Positions 33,301 to 36,397 of a DNA stretch of 36,397 nt are shown piece by piece. Source of the DNA: an uncultured Lachnospiraceae bacterium (GTDB taxonomy: Bacteria > Bacillota > Clostridia > Oscillospirales > CAG-272). The notes beneath the pieces were generated by a model. That model searched no databases, was not told the origin of the DNA, and worked only from the letters and a program-made list of their open reading frames with translations. Positions within the stretch are counted from its first letter, which is position 1. Each line of letters begins with the position of its first letter. The stretch lies in NCBI GenBank assembly GCA_964426285.1, contig CAYRQA010000002.1:1-36397 (forward strand), written 5' to 3'. A program made the position numbers and the translations under genes.

Positions 33301-34446
33301 TTACACGCAGGGAAAGAATTCGATATGCGCTTCCATTGCCTTTCGCTTGGCTTTGCCCAGCCGTGCCATATAATCGTCGAAGTTTTCGTTGACCACGGCA
33401 TAGAGCTTTTTCGATTCGGTCGCCACGAGCGAGGTCGCGAAATCGGCGAAGCGGTCGCGGTCACTGCGATCATACACCTTGAAGCGGATCGAGCCGTCGT
33501 TGGTAACTGCGGCGAGCATCACCGGATCGGCAGGCACGAAGGTCGTGATCTCGCGGATATCGACCATCGACACCGTGTAGATCCAAACGATCTCGCCCTT
33601 GGCTGCCGCCGCCGTCTTGCGGATCTTCTCGAAATCGGATGCGATCCAGTTGCGCACCGACGGTTCTTCCGAGCGTGCCTTGATCGTCTGCGCCGCGGGC
33701 ACGGTAAAGCCCCAGTGCTTCAGATAAGCCGAAATGATGCGGGTGGACACGCCCGTCTGCAGTCGATCTGCCGCAAGCTGACGAGCCGTAAACTTATCCC
33801 AAAGTCCCGCTGTGCCGACGCCGCATTCGTGCGGCAGTGAGTTGACCAGTCTGCCGACGATATCCTCCTCCTGTTCGGGGGTCAGGATCAGGTCAGCCGT
33901 ACCGCCAACCTCCTCAAGCCTTGCCGCATAGCGGTCGTAGCTCTCGAGAATGAGGGTGATCTCTTCAACGAAAGCGCCCGACAGCATACTGATCTCTTCG
34001 GCGCTCTTGCCGGTTTTCGCCATCATCACCACTTCACGCTGACCATCGAGCTTCATCTTGCTTTCGGTGCAGCGGAAGCCCTTGAGCGATTCGGAAAGCT
34101 GATGGCGCTTTTCAGCCTCGATCCGACGGGCAGTCATCAATCTGGTCTGCTTTTCGGTAGCGGCAACAACACGGATCCGACGGTGCAGACGAAGCGTCGG
34201 CAGAGCGATCACGCCCGTCACGACAGGCACCTGAAGCAGGTAGAAGGTCACGAGCGAGCTGAACCAGCTTGCATCGCAGAGCCGCATGATCAGCAGGGTC
34301 AGAAGCGAAACGAGCAGTACCGAAGCCGAGGGGATCAAGCTCCAGTAGATCACCTTTTGCTTGGCAAGGTAGTATTCAGCAACGACCACGCCGAAGGAAA
34401 GCCCCACTGCCAGCAGGCAGAGCAACAAAAAAACTACAAAAGTCAC
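33301..34446 (-). CDS. Membrane-anchored protein with HTH and a degenerate IS630/Tc1-mariner-like DDE domain (transposase-derived, probably catalytically inactive)
   Basis: GTG start with an AGGA 10 nt upstream. About 3 N-terminal TM helices. An HTH-like segment (MAKTGKSAEEISMLSG). ISAYLKHWGFTV..(spacer)..GEIVWIYTVSM..KKLYAVVNEN aligns by eye with IS630 ..L..GFT..-..vy.DE.g..-..il.DNa... Both Asp positions are substituted, and the protein ends before the catalytic Glu region. Confidence 0.6.
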   Translation of the reverse strand: MTFVVFLLLCLLAVGLSFGVVVAEYYLAKQKVIYWSLIPSASVLLVSLLTLLIMRLCDASWFSSLVTFYLLQVPVVTGVIALPTLRLHRRIRVVAATEKQTRLMTARRIEAEKRHQLSESLKGFRCTESKMKLDGQREVVMMAKTGKSAEEISMLSGAFVEEITLILESYDRYAARLEEVGGTADLILTPEQEEDIVGRLVNSLPHECGVGTAGLWDKFTARQLAADRLQTGVSTRIISAYLKHWGFTVPAAQTIKARSEEPSVRNWIASDFEKIRKTAAAAKGEIVWIYTVSMVDIREITTFVPADPVMLAAVTNDGSIRFKVYDRSDRDRFADFATSLVATESKKLYAVVNENFDDYMARLGKAKRKAMEAHIEFFPCV

Positions 34447-34510
34447 ACAAACACATCCTAACTTAAACTATAAAACGCCGATCCCACTCGGCAACAGGTG
34501 TTATACGGTT

Positions 34511-34539
34511 ATTTTACTACATTTTTTCCGATTTGTCAA
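34511..34539 (-). promoter_or_regulatory. Consensus sigma-A promoter of the TM/transposase-like gene
   Basis: Minus strand: TTGACA (34539-34534), 17-nt spacer, TAAAAT (34516-34511). Confidence 0.65.
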
Positions 34540-34624
34540 CTATAAATGAGCGACGGAGGGGGGTATCGCAATTGTAAACATTGGGTGAGGAGCAGTTTGC
34601 ACGCAATAACGGAACATGCGGCAC

Positions 34625-34960
34625 CCCTTCTGTCATCCTGAGCGAAGGGCGTAGCCCGTAGTCGAACTTTTGCGGCTTGCCGCAAAAGCGCGAGGCGTTA
34701 GCCGAAGCGGGATCTATTATGAACTTCGACCAGCCGCCCGTGATCCCACCTCACTCCGCTCGGTGCTTTTTCGTCCGTGTCATCCTGAGCGTAGCCGAAA
34801 TCCGAGCATAGCGAGGATCAAACGATGCGCCGCATCGTTTGGGATCGCGGACGAAAAAGTTCGGCTCGCTTCGCTCGCTCAGGATGACACGGGCGGTGCT
34901 GCATTGATCTGCCATCCCGAGAGAATGGCGCGTCAGCAGCACCTCCGCGCGAGCCGAATG
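34625..34960. repeat. Composite repeat region, family 3, built on the GTCATCCTGAGCG core
   Basis: The core occurs at 34632-34644 and 34779-34791, inverted at 34876-34888, and degenerate at 34910-34922. There are perfect hairpins CTTTTGCGGC-tt-GCCGCAAAAG and AAACGATGCG-c-CGCATCGTTT, and a 15-bp perfect inverted repeat at 34777-34791 / 34876-34890. Confidence 0.75.
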
Positions 34961-34984
34961 TGAAATTCCGGACGATACAAGCCC

Positions 34985-36208
34985 CTACACACTCCTGAGA
35001 ATATCCCCCGCCTTCAGCGGTCTGTCCGAGGCGATCGAGAAGCGCATCTGCGGATGCGGGCAGGATTCGATCGCCTCGCCCGCTTCGTTTTGCATTCCTT
35101 CCACGAAGAAGGGGGTGCCGACACTGCCCGGTGTGAGCAGCTCGACCGTCGAGCGATCGAACAGCTTATTTTTCTGCACGAGGGTCGCCCTGCCGCTTGC
35201 CTCGTCATAAGCTTCGACCACCGCAAGGTAGCCCTTTTCTTTCAGGTAGCCGGGCTCGGTGACCGTCTGGGCGTTCTCGCCCGTGGCATCGAACCAGTAA
35301 CCCGTGCAATATTCGCGGTGCGAGACGCTCTCGAGCTCCTTTTTCCAGCGCGCATCGTAGCGGTAGCTACTCGGATCGGCACGGTAAGCGTCGATCGCCA
35401 TACGGTAAGTATTGGCGCAAACGGCGGCGTAATACGCCGATTTCATGCGTCCTTCTATCTTAAAGGAAGCAACGCCGCTCTCCATGAGTTCGGGAATGTG
35501 CTCGATCATGCACATATCCTTACTGCTCATAATGAAGCTGCCGCGCTCGCTCTCCTCCACGGGGAATCGGATGCCCGGGCGCTTGACCTCTTCGATCTCG
35601 TACATCGTATATTCCCATCTGCAGGGCTGTGCGCACATTCCTCGGTTGGCGTCACGTCCCGTGAGGTAGTTCGAGAGCAGGCAACGCCCACTGTAGGACA
35701 CGCACATAGAGCCGTGGATAAAGCATTCGAGCTCAAGCTCGGGCGAAATGCGCTTTTTGATCTCCTCAATCTCGCGAAGTGTGAGTTCTCTTGCGAGCAC
35801 GACACGGCTCGCCCCCTGCTTCTGCCAAAAGTCGCAGGTCGCGTGCGAGCAGGCGCCCGCCTGCGTGGAAATATGAAGCGCCACCTCGGGAAGCATTTCT
35901 CGCGCGAGCGCCATCACGCCCACGTCCGCGACGATGAGCGCATCGGGCGGGCAGTCGCGCAGGCTGTCGAAATACTCGGCAAGCGCCTCGTACTCGTACC
36001 ATCTCGGCAGGATATTGACGGTCAGATAGACCTTCTTCCCTCTTTCATGCGCATAACGCACCGCCTTTTTCAGCTCGTCCACGTCAAAATTGTCTGCCGC
36101 GTATCTCATCCCGAATCGCTTCCCTGCGAGATACACCGCATCGGCGCCGTACAAAAACGCCGCCCGCATCTTCTCAAAATTGCCTGCCGGCAGTAGTAAT
36201 TCTTGCAT
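34985..36208 (-). CDS. Peptidase U32 family protein (YrrO/TrhP-like)
   Basis: 407 aa. N-terminus ELLLPAGNFEKMRAAFLYGADAVYLAG and the central E.FIHGSMCVSYSGRCLLS signature are typical of the U32 family. Confidence 0.9.
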   Translation of the reverse strand: MQELLLPAGNFEKMRAAFLYGADAVYLAGKRFGMRYAADNFDVDELKKAVRYAHERGKKVYLTVNILPRWYEYEALAEYFDSLRDCPPDALIVADVGVMALAREMLPEVALHISTQAGACSHATCDFWQKQGASRVVLARELTLREIEEIKKRISPELELECFIHGSMCVSYSGRCLLSNYLTGRDANRGMCAQPCRWEYTMYEIEEVKRPGIRFPVEESERGSFIMSSKDMCMIEHIPELMESGVASFKIEGRMKSAYYAAVCANTYRMAIDAYRADPSSYRYDARWKKELESVSHREYCTGYWFDATGENAQTVTEPGYLKEKGYLAVVEAYDEASGRATLVQKNKLFDRSTVELLTPGSVGTPFFVEGMQNEAGEAIESCPHPQMRFSIASDRPLKAGDILRSV

Positions 36209-36223
36209 GATTTATCTCCATCC

Positions 36224-36313
36224 TGCAGGGGCTCTGCCCCTGCACCCCGGTCGCTTTCTTGAAAGAAATCGACGCAAAGAACTTTTCTTGAGCCGACGAA
36301 TACTCGTCGGCAG
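36224..36313 (+). repeat. Intergenic hairpin repeat, family 1 copy, directly abutting the U32 gene RBS
   Basis: GCAGGGGC-tct-GCCCCTGC ACCCCG GTCGCTTTCTTGAAAGAAATCGAC ..AAAGAACTTTT.. GCCGACG-aatact-CGTCGGC. Confidence 0.8.
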
Positions 36314-36397
36314 GTACTATACCATTTAGCTTCACAAAGCCAAGGAAGAGGGGGTGAGAACTCGAGAGAGGGGGAGAAAACTTCGGCGATTGAGATG

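Noticed and set aside
34670-34963. 97-aa ORF (and the 63-aa ORF on the other strand) inside the GTCATCCTGAGCG repeat block. Similar small ORFs lie in other repeat arrays: 15171-15398, 19775-20046, 30970-31284, 31197-31508, 24795-25040.
   Set aside because: They lack an RBS. Their sequences are simply translations of the palindromic repeats (CHPERS.., PCTPVAFLK, KGNFFQEVPLK recur in several frames and loci). They are spurious.

Overview
This is a 36.4-kb chromosomal segment from a moderately GC-rich, spore-forming Firmicute. It is most likely a member of the Clostridia (Oscillospiraceae/Ruminococcaceae-like). That assignment is inferred from the rny-ymdB-spoVS synteny, a PdaA-like deacetylase, pflBA, GC3-rich codons and AT-rich intergenic DNA.

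Gene content is mostly housekeeping or ordinary accessory:
- a very large secreted multi-domain glycoside hydrolase
- an SDR oxidoreductase and an LRR/alpha-toroid fusion protein
- a GNAT-MATE-AEC transporter operon with three small membrane proteins
- a CE4 deacetylase lipoprotein and alr
- pflB-pflA
- a decayed P-type ATPase
- a Cof-type HAD hydrolase, tRNA-Thr(CGU) and rsmA
- two tandem paralogous surface proteins
- lexA plus a membrane protein
- spoVS, ymdB and rny
- a membrane-anchored transposase-derived protein
- a U32 peptidase

I see no rRNA, CRISPR array, intact IS element, prophage or recognisable defence system.

The features that stand out are:
1. Three families of modular, perfectly paired hairpin repeats fill almost every long intergenic region. 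They show stem covariation, and two copies sit directly against ribosome-binding sites.
2. Two tandem GLUG-like surface-protein paralogs have conserved ends and divergent cores.
3. An intact, promoter-equipped ORF fuses transmembrane helices to a catalytically dead IS630-like transposase.
4. A P-type ATPase carries three frameshifts and mutated catalytic motifs, yet sits behind an apparently intact promoter/leader/terminator that weakly resembles a Mn2+ riboswitch.
5. A GH76+GH97 chimeric enzyme.
6. Near-consensus sigma-A promoters with exactly 17-nt spacers precede most transcription units.

All family assignments come from reading the translations. No database search was possible.
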